From NCBI RefSeq assembly GCF_006345805.1, contig NC_043024.1:11036001-11100000 (forward strand): 64,000 nt of DNA, given 5' to 3'. Position 1 is the stretch's first letter; the number at the start of each line of letters is the position of its first letter. The translations under genes were made by a program, and so were the position numbers. The DNA is from Octopus sinensis. Taxonomy: Eukaryota. The notes under the pieces were generated by a model. The model saw nothing but the letters and a program-made list of their open reading frames with translations. It was not told where the DNA came from and did no database searches. Below are positions 24,921-37,860 of this stretch, in pieces.

Positions 24921-25526
24921 TTAAAGAGAATAACAAGCTACATAATGCACAATTTTTATTTTTCAAAAATTCCAATTCTAAAGGGTTGAAAAGAAAACAA
25001 ACCCGAGCAACGCCGGGCGATACTGCAAGTGAATTATAAAAGAGGATTTTTAAAAAATTATTTTTGTGGGAAACGGTTAGTCGAGGGGACAGACTTCAGA
25101 ACGTGACTGATACCTTATCAAGCCAGGAAGGAGAGAAGACAAAGTTGACCTCGGAGGCTGGATTCAATAAACAAAACCTCATCACTAAACACGTCTTACG
25201 TTGTTAACGACAATAGAGAAAGCCTGAAAGGCATCCAACCACATATATATATATATACAGAACGTGTGTGCGCGTGTGTGTGTGTCGGCGCGTGGACACA
25301 CACGCTTCTTGCGTTTCAATATTGGTTGGCACCCTCTTTGAGATTTCTGTCGGGGACTTAGAACCTGGAAGAATGAGAGACAGAACGGTAAATATATGTT
25401 CGTATATTCCATCCTCCTATCGTTCTTACAGACTTTCGAATCCACCACGCGAAGAACTCAAAGACATCGAAACGCAAGAAGGACGTGTGTGTGTGTGTGT
25501 GTCTGTGTGTGTGTGTCTGTGTGTGT

Positions 25527-25560
<34 letters not shown>

Positions 25561-26093
25561 CTGTGTGTATGTGTCTGTGTGTGTGTGTCTGTGTCTGTGT
25601 GTGTGTCTGTGTGTGTATAGATATATAGATATCGGTTTATAAGGAACGACAGCCTACCATTCAAAGGTTTCTGGTTAAAAACAACAATTTAAAATTAATA
25701 ATAATAATAATAATAATAACAATAATGGCAACAATGGTTAACAGTTCCGACGCGAAAAGACGACCATGGTTAGAATCAAAGAGAAAAATATATAAAAAAG
25801 CGAAACCTCCGCAAGTTCCAGAGGTCTTTCTTCGTTCCAATAATGGTCAAATGCTGTGTGTCAGTGTGTCCGTGTCTCTGTCCCTCAGCTGGGGCTCGCA
25901 ACACTCGTCGTCGTCTTCTTCTTCTTCTCCGCCGTCGCTTCCTTCTTCTTCTTCTTCTTCTTCTTCTTCTCCCTGTTTGAGTCTCAGACAAAACTTGGTC
26001 ACTATAGCAATGATTAGCGTCATCAACGGTGTCACGCGACAAAGTGTAGCCGCAGAAAAAATAAACGTAACGTCGTCGGCAACACACGATTAA

Positions 26094-26760
26094 TTACCCT
26101 TTAAAAGCTCGTCTTTCTTTTTCATGTTCCTCCGCCTTTTCCGATGTTCTTCTCCACCACTTCCACTCCTCCCTTTCTCTTCTTCATCTTTTCCTTCTCC
26201 TTCCTCACTCCCTTTTCTTCCTTCATATTTTCCTTCTTTATTTTTCTTCTTCGTCATCTTTTCGTGTTCTCCGCCACCTCCACCATTCTCCTCTTCCACT
26301 TTCTTCATCATCTTTTCTCCTCCTCCTTTTCCGTATTCTCCACCTCCACTCCTCCCTCCCCTTCTTCGTCTTTTCCTCCTTCTTCCTTCATATTTTTCTT
26401 CCTTATTTTTCTTCTTCGTCATCTCCTCCTCCTTTTTCGTGTTCGCCACTACCTCCTCTCCTCCCTTCCTCTTCTTCATTTTCCATCTCCTTTTCACTCC
26501 CTTTTCTTCTTGTCATCTTCTTTCCCTTCTTGTTTTTCTTCTTTTTCGTTTTCGTCATCTCCTCCTCCTCCTTTTTCGTGTTCTCCGCCACCTCCACCAT
26601 TTCCCTCTTCCCCTTCCTTCATCATCTTTTCTCCCCCTCCTCTTCCTCCTCCTTTTCCATATTCTCCATCTCCACCCCACCCCTTCTTCATCAGCTTTTC
26701 TCCTCCTCCTTCTCCTTCCTTCCTCCTTATTTTCCTTCTCTATTTTCCTCCTTCCCTTTG
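26094..26760. repeat. Degenerate CT-rich tandem repeat (about 4 units of 130-190 bp)
   Basis: TTTTCTTCTTCGTCATCT...CGTGTTCTCCGCCACCTCCACCATT recurs; reading frames shift between units. Confidence 0.75.
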
Positions 26761-27156
26761 CTATATTATTCATTATTAAAATGATCTCCAATGATAATGT
26801 ACAAAAACAATCGATTATTCTCAATGATTGGAAGTTAATAAACAAATGATTGAAAAATAGGTAATCATTATTTCCACTCATGATCCCTAGACTGTGTGTT
26901 CATTTCCTAAACCGAGCGGTGTGTTGTGTTCTGGAGCAAAACACTCCATTCCACGCTGCTCAGCAACCATTTCGACATCTGACGTATGACACACCTGTGC
27001 ACCTGTACAGGTAATGACGATTTCATGGAGACAGTGAGTGAATGTACAGCATGTACATTTGATCACTATAAACAAATAATTTGTGCAGATTGTTTACAAA
27101 AACTGAACACTCTACTGACTGGAGAATCCATTATTATTATTATTATTATTATTATT

Positions 27157-27713
27157 GAGTGAGAGAGCAGTTCATGCCATCAAAGTGACACTGGGGTAAA
27201 ATATCCGAAACCCAGTATACCCGTCATGACTACCCGTCTGATAAGGGTACACTAGGCACATGCATCACAACCATATGTGCGCGACATGGTGATCTCATAT
27301 CAAGATAAACAGCGCATGATCTTGCAAGTAGGGGCTCAGTTAGAATTTTCATCTGGTCGAGTAACCCATCCTGCTCAAAAGGTCCCTGAATAAGGGTTGT
27401 TTAAGGTTGTTGAACGAAACACCCATGTTTCCAGAGGTGAATTATTCAAACCCCAAAGAATTCCTTTCAACACATGGCTATGATGCTCCCCCACTACTTC
27501 TGCTCGTGATCAGAGATGCACATATCGTCAGCCACCAAGGGACATGCTCAACTGGTTAAAGTCAAACAACTGACAAGCAAATCTGTGGTATTGAGCAGAA
27601 TATTTGCTGTAGCCCATCTTTTATACCAAGACAAAATAATGTACATGATAACACTTCCAATCAGTTAAGATCAGAAGCCACGAGAGACACTGCCTGGTAC
27701 TGCATCAGGGCAT

Positions 27714-27715
<2 letters not shown>
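27157..27715. mobile_element. Interspersed element of about 560 bp between two (TTA)n tracts
   Basis: Flanked by (TTA)n at 27130-27156 and 27716-27758; no ORF or TIR seen; family not identified. Confidence 0.45.
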
Positions 27716-27759
<44 letters not shown>

Positions 27760-28720
27760 CTTTTTTCTTGTGGAAGAGACTCATTCCAATGGTCAGGCGA
27801 TCAGTCTCCTGTCAACAATCTCTTGGTGGCGGTAAAGTGTGATGATGTTCTCGGGGAGACTCTGGGAGTCAACGAAAACGAACTGGCTAGTCTGTTCCTG
27901 AGGACTTTCCGGTTGGGAACTATCATGGACAATTTCCTGATGTCTTTGGCTTGACAGTACTACCAAAATGGGGGTACTACTCTACAGGCACAGACAGGCT
28001 GTCAGATGGGCTTTTCGAGGTGCAACGAAACCATTCTGTACACCAGTGGTTTTCAACCAGGGTTCCGTGGAACCTCAGGGTTCCGCCAGTACAGTCCAGG
28101 GGTTCCGCAAGAAGTTACAAAACTGCTAAAATCGGCAGTAATTTTTAATTCTCCTGTGCAGATATGTGTGCATAAGACTATTAAATTATTGCACAGGGGT
28201 TCCTCGAGCCAGTGGAATGTTTCCTTGGGGTTCCACTCCAGCAAAAATGTTGAAAAGCACTGCTGTATGCACTTGTCCAGTGTCCAGGCATTGCCGACTT
28301 GTGGGTTTATGTCAAACAGCTGCTGTCACGGATGGGATAGATCTATCTATCGGTCAAATTCAAAGTGATGATTGCTCCACCACCTTCATTTTTTATTTGG
28401 GCAGGTAAAGCAGTTTTCCTTTGTCTGGTGGCTGTGGCGAAAGAGATTTTCTGCTGGACGAGGTTGAAAGGCATGGGGATAGAAACATTCCCCTTTTGTA
28501 GAGCTCTCATCGATTTTTTTTCAAGTTTCACTCGACAAGGATTTTGAGGGTGGAGAGCGAGGTGCTATCCTCGAGCAAATTTATTGAGAGGTGGGTAAGA
28601 GTTGCAAAAATAGTAAGGGTGGGTGGTACCTCTCTAGTGAATCACAGGAAAGGAGTTGGAGAGGGCACTTGCCCTTGGTGTTCAGGAATATCTTGGGCAG
28701 TCCTCAGTCAATATCTTTGA
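27760..28720 (+). mobile_element. Tx1/L1-clade LINE ORF2 C-terminal fragment (degenerate), interrupted by a hAT MITE
   Basis: ...SRCNETILY[insertion]ALVQCPGIADLWVYVKQLL...FLCLVAVAKEIFCWTR..., a CCHC zinc-knuckle region with stops and frameshifts. Confidence 0.65.
28044..28262 (+). mobile_element. hAT-type MITE
   Basis: TIRs CAGTGGTTTTCAA / TGAAAAGCACTG; 8-bp TSD CTGTACAC / CTGTATGC (2 mismatches). Confidence 0.85.
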
Positions 28721-29075
28721 CAGTCCTTATTGAGGCCGGTTACTGATGAGAATTCGCCCGGCAGATAATCTTGTTTGCTAAATTACCTATTAAAGGGTGG
28801 CAGATAATCTTATTTGCTAAAGAAATTTGAAACCATGCTATAACCGCTACTAAAAATAACAAGGTAAAAGTTTTTATTTTTCATTTCCTTCGAAAATTGC
28901 TATTAAGTCGTGGTTTTGGCCGTGTTGGCTGCTTCTTCTTGCATGTAAAAATTACCTGTTAAAGGGTAGTTTTCTCTTGTGTTTAAATGTACACTATTTT
29001 AAAATAAGAATATGTTGTCTATTGACTATTTATACATGCTAGGCCACTGGTGGTGATATTTCTAACAAATATTTG

Positions 29076-29107
<32 letters not shown>

Positions 29108-29613
29108 CTAGCAGTATCGCCCGGCGTTGCTCGGGTTTGTAAGGGAAATAACTATATAAGCATTTTTAGAGAGTTACTTCCCTTATAAATTCGGGCTTTC
29201 TTAGCCATTTCTGTTTTGGTGTCTTCAAGCCATGAAGTCGTTGTTCTAAAAGAACGCTGGTTTCCTTCACAACGCATTACGACGTTGATTTCTTTACACT
29301 CCCTTCCCCACAGCTTCACGAGGGAGGGAAGGGGGAGAAGCAAACAGGTGCAGGTGTGACCATGGACGCCAACTCCGCCGCCATCGACACACGATGCATT
29401 TTATGCATTAAAATGGAATAAAAAATGATGTTAAATTATTTTTAAAATCGTAGACTCATCGTTGACGCGCGCTAATACTTAGACGGGCTCGATATTAATC
29501 CCGACTATAAGATACCCGAATTTGGTTAAACTGCACCGCAAAATGTGGGAGTAGTTAGGAATCTAAATCGAAGGGGACAGACACTCACACAACTACAGTT
29601 TTATATATATAGA
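29108..29613 (-). mobile_element. Non-autonomous Helitron, short form
   Basis: Reverse complement runs TCTATATATATAAAACTGTAG ... CCCGAGCAACGCCGGGCGATACTGCTAG|T. Confidence 0.85.
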
Positions 29614-30325
29614 TATATATATATATGCACTGTGTAAGCATGCGACTTGTTTGGGCATGCTTACATTAAAAAACAATTTTAGAATGACTTTTTCTGTCAA
29701 AACGCTAAAAATAAATGACCAACAAAAAAAAACAAAAAAAACTAAGATTCAACCAAATCAAAAAATAAACCCCAAAACTAAGCAAACAAAATGAACCATC
29801 TCACTTCACACGCACACACATACAAATACACAAACACACATTCACATACCCTCCTTTTACATACACACATATATTCAAAAAGAGTTGAAACGCTGTTTGA
29901 CTTATTTTTTCAGTATACAGTTTTCATCATCCCACTACCAAGTATGACATCACCCCTTCCTTTCTCATTCATAAACACAAGAGTATTATTATAATAGATT
30001 ATATCGGTAACCATGGAAGCTATGAAAAAACACAAAGCCCAGCATCACCACCGGATCATTCTGCACATCTGTGTAATTTTTCGCGCAATTCCATCCAGCC
30101 GTTTGACCGTGAATCCCAAGACAAGAAAGAATCGGCCATGTCAAATTTATATGTGTGTATATATATATATATATCATCATCATCATCATCATCATTGTTT
30201 AACGTGCGTTCTCCATGCTAGCATGGGTTGGACGGTTCGACCGGGGATCTGGGAAGCTAGAAGGCTGCACCAGGCTCCAATCTGTTCTGGCAATGTTTCT
30301 ACAACTGGATGCACTTCCTAACGCC

Positions 30326-30385
<60 letters not shown>

Positions 30386-30507
30386 TAGAAGTAAATAATG
30401 GCACAACGAAGCACCGATTTTACGTTGTGCCATTATTTACTTCTATGTATAATTTTCCCTCACGGGCTATTCTTTACTGGAAAGGCAATACTCTCGTATT
30501 GCATTAC

Positions 30508-30605
<98 letters not shown>

Positions 30606-30849
30606 GTATATATATATGTATATGTATGTATGTATATGTATGTATATATAGTTCAAATTTACAAAAAACAAAAGACAAAAACAGGTAAAAGAACAACAAG
30701 TAGGAGTAATAGTTTCATGCGTGGGTAGGAGAGAAAGGTCTACGACATTTTGAGCCTATGCTCTTTGACAGAAAGGAATGAGAAGAAAATAATAAAGAGA
30801 GAAAAAATCTGTAGGGGTTAACGGTTTAACATGAAATACACACATATAG

Positions 30850-30894
30850 ACAGACAGATAGACAAGCAAACAAAAGACAGACAGACAGACAGAC

Positions 30895-30991
<97 letters not shown>

Positions 30992-30994
30992 CAG

Positions 30995-31033
<39 letters not shown>

Positions 31034-31036
31034 CAG

Positions 31037-31083
<47 letters not shown>

Positions 31084-31099
31084 CAGAGATAGATAGATA

Positions 31100-31136
<37 letters not shown>

Positions 31137-31195
31137 GATAGATAGATATATGATAGATAGATAGATAGACAGAGATGATAGATAGATAGATAGAT

Positions 31196-31231
<36 letters not shown>

Positions 31232-31269
31232 GATAGATAGATAATAGATAGATAGATAGATAGATAGAC

Positions 31270-31300
<31 letters not shown>

Positions 31301-31325
31301 AGATAGATAGATAGATGATAGACAG

Positions 31326-31384
<59 letters not shown>

Positions 31385-31387
31385 CAG

Positions 31388-31430
<43 letters not shown>

Positions 31431-31433
31431 CAG

Positions 31434-31466
<33 letters not shown>
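30850..31466. repeat. (GATA)n / (GACA)n microsatellite
   Basis: Seen directly; a second tract lies at about 31705-31975. Confidence 0.97.
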
Positions 31467-31697
31467 CTATCTGCTTCCCTCCTTTACACTTTACATCATG
31501 ACATTTCTGTGATACACGATCCCTATTGATTGCTTTTTTATTTTTATTTTTTTATTTTTTTTCATTTTTTTTTCTTCCCTTTTACGATCCCTTTTGATCG
31601 AAAACCTACCCCACTTATTTTTTTTTTCTTTTCTCCCCATAAAGAAAAGCTCTGCTTTGTAATCTGTCCCATCTGTGTGCAGCCCTGTGTGGCTAAT

Positions 31698-31782
<85 letters not shown>

Positions 31783-31841
31783 CAGATAGATAGACAGATA
31801 GACAGATAGATAGACAGATAGATAAACAGATAGATAGATAG

Positions 31842-31884
<43 letters not shown>

Positions 31885-31909
31885 CAGATAGATAGACAGA
31901 TAGATAAAC

Positions 31910-31947
<38 letters not shown>

Positions 31948-32714
31948 AGAAACAAAAAACAGACGGACAGACATAGATAAAAATCACAGGCTTCTTTCAG
32001 TTTCTGTCTATCCTATGCATCTCACAAGGCTTTGGCCAGACTGGAGCTACAGCAGAAGTCATGCGCCCAAGGTGACATGCAATGGGACTGAACCTAGAAC
32101 CATGTGCTCAGAAAGCAAACCTCTCAACCACACAGCCATGCCTATGCTTACATATTACATAACACATCGCACAATACGCTAAAAATATATTACATAACAT
32201 ATGTATATACACATAAACGTATAAACATACATAATTATAAAACGACGATATCATATTCCACCTGAATGAGCACGTATATGTATACACCTGTATGTATGTG
32301 TATATGAGTGTATATATGTGTTTTTTCATTCATGCAGTATTGTGTCTGTGCACAATAAGCTGTTTCAGAGCCTGGGTTTGTCAGACGCCACCCGTACCAA
32401 TTACACTAATAGCCATAACGAATCATCACTAATTGAATACCGATGGGCCAAGTCCACCATTGTCGCCACGTCTGCTGTGGAGCCGCAAAGGGGAACCGCT
32501 CAGCCTTAAGTTTGATATAATGACACGGAGTCGGCTAGGTGTTAATAGGTTCCATGAGGAGGTGGATTTCGCTCGACATATGTCTGGGAATTAAAAAAAG
32601 GAGATAATTGGATAAATTTTAAAATGTCTACGAAAATGCAGACACCAGAAACCTGAAAGGTTTTCTTTGTGTCGAGGTAGTCAAACATTTTGGTAATGCA
32701 TGCTGTTGTTGTTA

Positions 32715-33070
32715 TTGTTGTGGTGGTGGTGGTGGTAGTGGTGATGTTGGTGATGGTGGTGGTAGTGGTGGTGGTGGTGGTAGTGGTGGTGGTGGTGGTG
32801 GTGGTAGTGGTGGTGGTGGTGGTGGTGTCGTGGTGGTGGTGGTAGTGGTGGTGGTGGTGGTGGTGGTTGTGGTGGTGGTGGTTGTGGTGGTGGTGGTAGT
32901 GGTGATGATGGTGATGGTGATGGTGGTGGTGATGATGATTATTATCATCATTATGATGTTGATGATGGTGATGATGATGATGATGGTGATGGTGGTGGTG
33001 ATGATGATTATTATTATTATTATTATGATGTTGATGATGGTGATGATGATGGTGATGGTGATGATGATAT
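32715..33070. repeat. Compound (GGT)n / (GAT)n / (TTA)n microsatellite
   Basis: Seen directly; source of the poly-V/M/I/T/P ORFs. Confidence 0.95.
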
Positions 33071-33609
33071 ATATGACAGGTTTCTGCACAGTTTCCATCT
33101 GCCAGAATTTACTCACAAAGCATTCGAGCGAGGTCGTTGCCAGTGCCGCTGGACTGGCTCCTGTGCAAATGGCACATAAGTAAACACCATTTGAGCATGG
33201 CCGTTGCCAGTACCGCCGGACTGGCCCTCGTGCCGGTGGCACCTAAAAATCCCCCACTACATTCTCGTGTGGTAGGTGTTAGGAAGGTCATCCAGCTGTA
33301 GAAACCCTGCCAGATCAGATTGGAGCCTGGTGCAGCCATCTGGTTCGCCAGTCCTCAGTCAAAATCATCCAACCCATGCCAGCATGGAAAGCGGACATTG
33401 ATGATGATGATGATGGTGATGATACACACACAAACATGCCTTGACATATACACCCACACATACCTATACACACACATGTATTCACATATGCATACACACA
33501 CACACACACATATAGGTGTGGTGGCACCTTTCATGATTGCTGGCGTCATCTTTTACATTTTATTCACGTACACCAATCCTAAACTTTGAATAAATTTACA
33601 TAATTACCC

Positions 33610-34160
33610 TTTTTTCCCTCCCTCTCTCTCTCTCTCTCTCTGTCTTTCCTTTTCTAGCTTTTACTTTCTCTCTCTCTCTCTCTTCCTCTCTATCTATCTA
33701 TGTCATTCTCTCTCTCTCTCCTTTCACCTCTCGACCTCTCTTTCCATCTATCTCATTTACCCACTCTCTCTCTCTCTCTATCTATCTGTCTGTCTGTCTA
33801 TATACTTATCTCACTATCTCTCTCCTTTCATCTTTCTAGATCTCTTTTTCTATCTCTCTCACTCTCTCTCTCCCTCTATCATTTTATATGACTCTCTTTC
33901 TACTCTTACCTTTCTGGCTCTTTCTATCATTCTTTCTCCATCTATCTTCTCTGTCTATCTATCTATCAAACTAATCTACCTACCTATCTATTTATCTATC
34001 TATGTATCTATCTTATCTATCTATCTACGTTTCTACCTATCTATCTATCACTCTCTCTCCTGTTCACCTTTCTAACTCTTTCTCTCTCTCTCTATCTATC
34101 TATCTATCTCCTCCCTTTCACCTTTCTATTTCTCTCCCTCTTATTTTTTTACCTTTCTAG

Positions 34161-34191
<31 letters not shown>

Positions 34192-34820
34192 CCGCTCTTT
34201 CTCTCTCTCTCCCTCTCTCCTGCTCTTCCTTTTTTACCTTTCTAGCTCTCTCTCTTTCTCTCTTTCTATCCCCTCTCCCTTTTTACTTTTCCAGCATTCT
34301 CTCTCCCTTTGTATCTCTCTATTTTTACCTTTTTATCTCTCTCTCTCCCACTCTTCCTTTTTTACCTTTCACTCTCTCTCTCTCCCCCTCTCCCTTTTTA
34401 TCTTTCTAGCTCTTTCTCTCTCTCTCTCTCTCTAACTCTTTCCATCTCTCTTTCTTTCTCTCTCCCTCTCTTCCCCTCTCCCTTTTTACCTTTCTAGCTC
34501 TCTCTCTATCCGTTTTTACCTTTCTATCTCTCTCTCTCCCCCTCTCCATTTTTACCTTTCTAGCTCTCTCTCTTTCTCTCTCTCTCCAACTCTCCCTTTT
34601 TACCTTTCCATCTCTCCCCCTCTCTCTACCTCTCTTTGTATCTCTCTATAACTCCTTCCATCTCTATTTCTCTCTCTCTCCCTCTCTTCCCTTCTCCCTT
34701 TTTACCTTTCTAGCTCTGTCTCCTTCTCTCTCTCACTCTCCCTTTTTACCTTTCCATCTCTCTCTCTTTCTCTCTCTCTCTCTCTATAACTCCTTCCCAT
34801 CTCTCTTTGTCCCATCTCTC
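33610..34820. repeat. Polypyrimidine (CT)-rich tract with recurring TTTTTACCTTTCTAGCTCTCTCT units
   Basis: Seen directly. Confidence 0.9.
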
Positions 34821-34974
34821 ATTCTTCTATTTTGACATTTTAAATGAGGAAAGAAATACTGCATACAACAAACAAGTTCTTTTATTTTTTATTTATTTAC
34901 TGGTTTCCATTCACCTTTTATGCAACAACATCTCTTTCAAAGAAATTCTTATGTATAAATAGAGAGCAATTTAA

Positions 34975-34987
34975 AATAATGATGGTG

Positions 34988-35033
<46 letters not shown>

Positions 35034-35392
35034 TGATGATGATGATGATGATGATGACCATGATGATGATGATAATAATATTAATAATAATAATAATAAT
35101 AATATAATAATAATAATAATAGTAATAATAATAATATAGTAATAATAATAAAATAATAATAATAATAATAATAAAAAAAACTTTAAAAAAAAAATGAACG
35201 AACTACTGAGTTTGGTTTAATGGCCTACAATGTATACTATGAGTTTCTTTGCCCTAGGAGTTGGGAAGACACTCGGCAAGAAATGGAAGCAAATTTGAAA
35301 GAAGAAAAAAAAAGTAATAATAATAATAATATAATAATAATGATGATGATGATGATGATGATGACCATGATGATAATAACAACAATAATAAC

Positions 35393-35439
<47 letters not shown>

Positions 35440-35545
35440 TGATGATGATGATGATGATGATAATAACAATAATAATAATAATAATGATGATGATGATGAT
35501 GACCATGACGACAACAACAACAACAACAATAACAATAATAATAAT
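34975..35545. repeat. (TAA)n / (GAT)n / (CAA)n microsatellite field
   Basis: Seen directly. Confidence 0.95.
35236..35330 (+). mobile_element. Short 3' end of the same Dong/R4 element inside a TAA/GAT microsatellite field
   Basis: GCCCTAGG...ACACTCGGC-AGAAA-GGAAG-AAATTTGAA closely matches 10224-10275 and is followed by (TAA)n. Confidence 0.7.
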
Positions 35546-36476
35546 GAGGATGATTGCTTTTATTTGACACCATGGTGTCAGATAAGGTAGGGCGAAATAT
35601 AAAGACACATAAAATAATGGGATTTACTTAAAAATTGAACAATTAAAAAAAAAATTAACAATAATAACCTTTCTACTATAGGCACAAGGGGGGAGGGGGG
35701 TAAGTCGATTTCATCAAGCCAAGTACACAACTGGTACTTATTTTACTAACCCCGAGAGAATGAAAGGCAAAGCCGACCTTGGCGGAATTTGAACTCAGAA
35801 TGTAAAAACAGACAAAATACCACTAAGCATTTCATCTGGCATCAAACTTAACGCCAAGATTCCGAGTTCGATTCCAAGCAGTGACCTGAACAATAATAAT
35901 AATAATATTCTGGTTGGTGTAAATTGGTAAATATCCTTTTGCTAAATACTCAGCATAACCAGAACACTGACGCTGTTCTTGCCTGAAGAAACAAACACGT
36001 GTAATTATGGCTCCCTTTAAAATCCATGGATATTGCAAATCATATTGGATGGAGTATGCAGCCGCAGAAAGAAAAAAACCATGTGCTTTGTGGAAACATA
36101 TGTAGCAATCCAAAGGTTCTCATTACTATATTTATCCTACAATATAACAACACCAGACTAATAACCATCATACAAAATTATTTTGGATAAGTGGGACCTG
36201 GAAATAATAGCATTGGAGCTTTTTATGAATGCACTCAAAAATGTTTCCCATAAATGAACTTAAAGGATTACGGAGATGTACTTGCATAGCAAGTGACCTG
36301 ATCTGAGATTGTGTGCTGGAACGAAAACAATTGCAGCGTGGAAGGTGTTTATAAGGTATTTAAGAAACACACAAAAACCGTTAGATTCTCTTCAACATTT
36401 AAGTTTAATTTGTCAAAATATTTTCGTCGCTTTGAGACCGCGACCTGTTCACTGGTAAAATTCCGTGCTACATAAA

Positions 36477-36518
<42 letters not shown>

Positions 36519-37582
36519 CTGTAATACAATTATTTGGTTGGCATAATAAAACTCTGAGTTTCGGATGTCGGGGCAGAAATTTGCTCTGTCATCTTGTCAG
36601 TTATTAAGACAAACAAAAATGTTATATATATATGTATATATATATATATATATTATATATATATATTATATATAATATATATATACAGACACCACACACA
36701 TATATATATACACATACACACACACACATACACAAATATATATATATGTGTATATACATACAGATTCATACACAAACACACTTAATGCACTTACACACAC
36801 ATACATGCAAGCAGACTATACACACACACATGCACATTCATTTACATACATATACATCTGCACACACACACACACACATACACACATATACACACACATC
36901 CGCATGTATGCACATGCTCTCAATGACGTACAAAGCCAGTAAGTTTTTTTATGAAAGACTGGGGGTGGGTGGAGATGTTGTTAGTTCCATCTCTCCACCC
37001 GACCCTTTTTTTTTTGTACATCTCCCACCCCCCACCACCTCCTACATTACATGACGTCATTCTGTAAAATTATAATTTAGAATTAATTACCAACATAATT
37101 CTAATTAGTTAAGTCCCATTTCGTGGTTGGAAAATGAAACTACCAGTTCTCTCTTTCCAAGGTCTCTTCTGCGACAAATTGCACAACAGAAATATACAAT
37201 GACAAGAATCGAAAATGGTAAACCAGTAAGGATTATTTTACAACCTCATGAGGAGTGGAGTAAACTGGGGCAATTCTTGCACCAAAGGGAATAATAATAA
37301 TGACGATAATAATAATAATAATAAGAAGAAGAATAGTAATAGTAATAATGATGATGACGACGATACTCTCTCTTTTTTTACTCTTTTACTTGTTTCAGTC
37401 ATTTGACTGCGGTCATGCTGGAGCACCACCTTTAGTCGATCAAATCGACCCCCGGGACTTATTCTTTGTAAGCCTAGTACTTATTCTATCGGTCTCTTTT
37501 GCCGAACCGCTAAGTGATGGGGACATAAACACACCAGCATCGGTTGTCAAGCGATGCTAGGGGGACAAACACAGACACATAA

Positions 37583-37633
<51 letters not shown>

Positions 37634-37860
37634 TACGACAGGCTTCTTTCAGTTTCCGTCTACCAAATCCACTCACAAGGCATTGGTCGGCCCGGGGCTA
37701 TAGCAAAAGACACTTGCCCAAGATGCCACGCAGTGGGACTGAACCCGCAACCATGTGGTTGGTTAGCAAGCTACTTACCACACAGCCACTCCTGATGATG
37801 ATGATAATAATAATAATAATGATAATAATAGTTACTTGATGGCATGCACTGCCATATATA

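Noticed and set aside
26090-26881. K/E/G-rich and F/S/P-rich ORFs of 108-241 aa
   Set aside because: Stop-poor purine/pyrimidine repeat; frames shift between units and there is no splice or homology support.
35900-36180. Unique-looking segment with short ORF MAPFKIHGYCKSYWMEYAAAERKKPCALWKHM
   Set aside because: Stops in all frames and no recognisable family, so no call can be supported.
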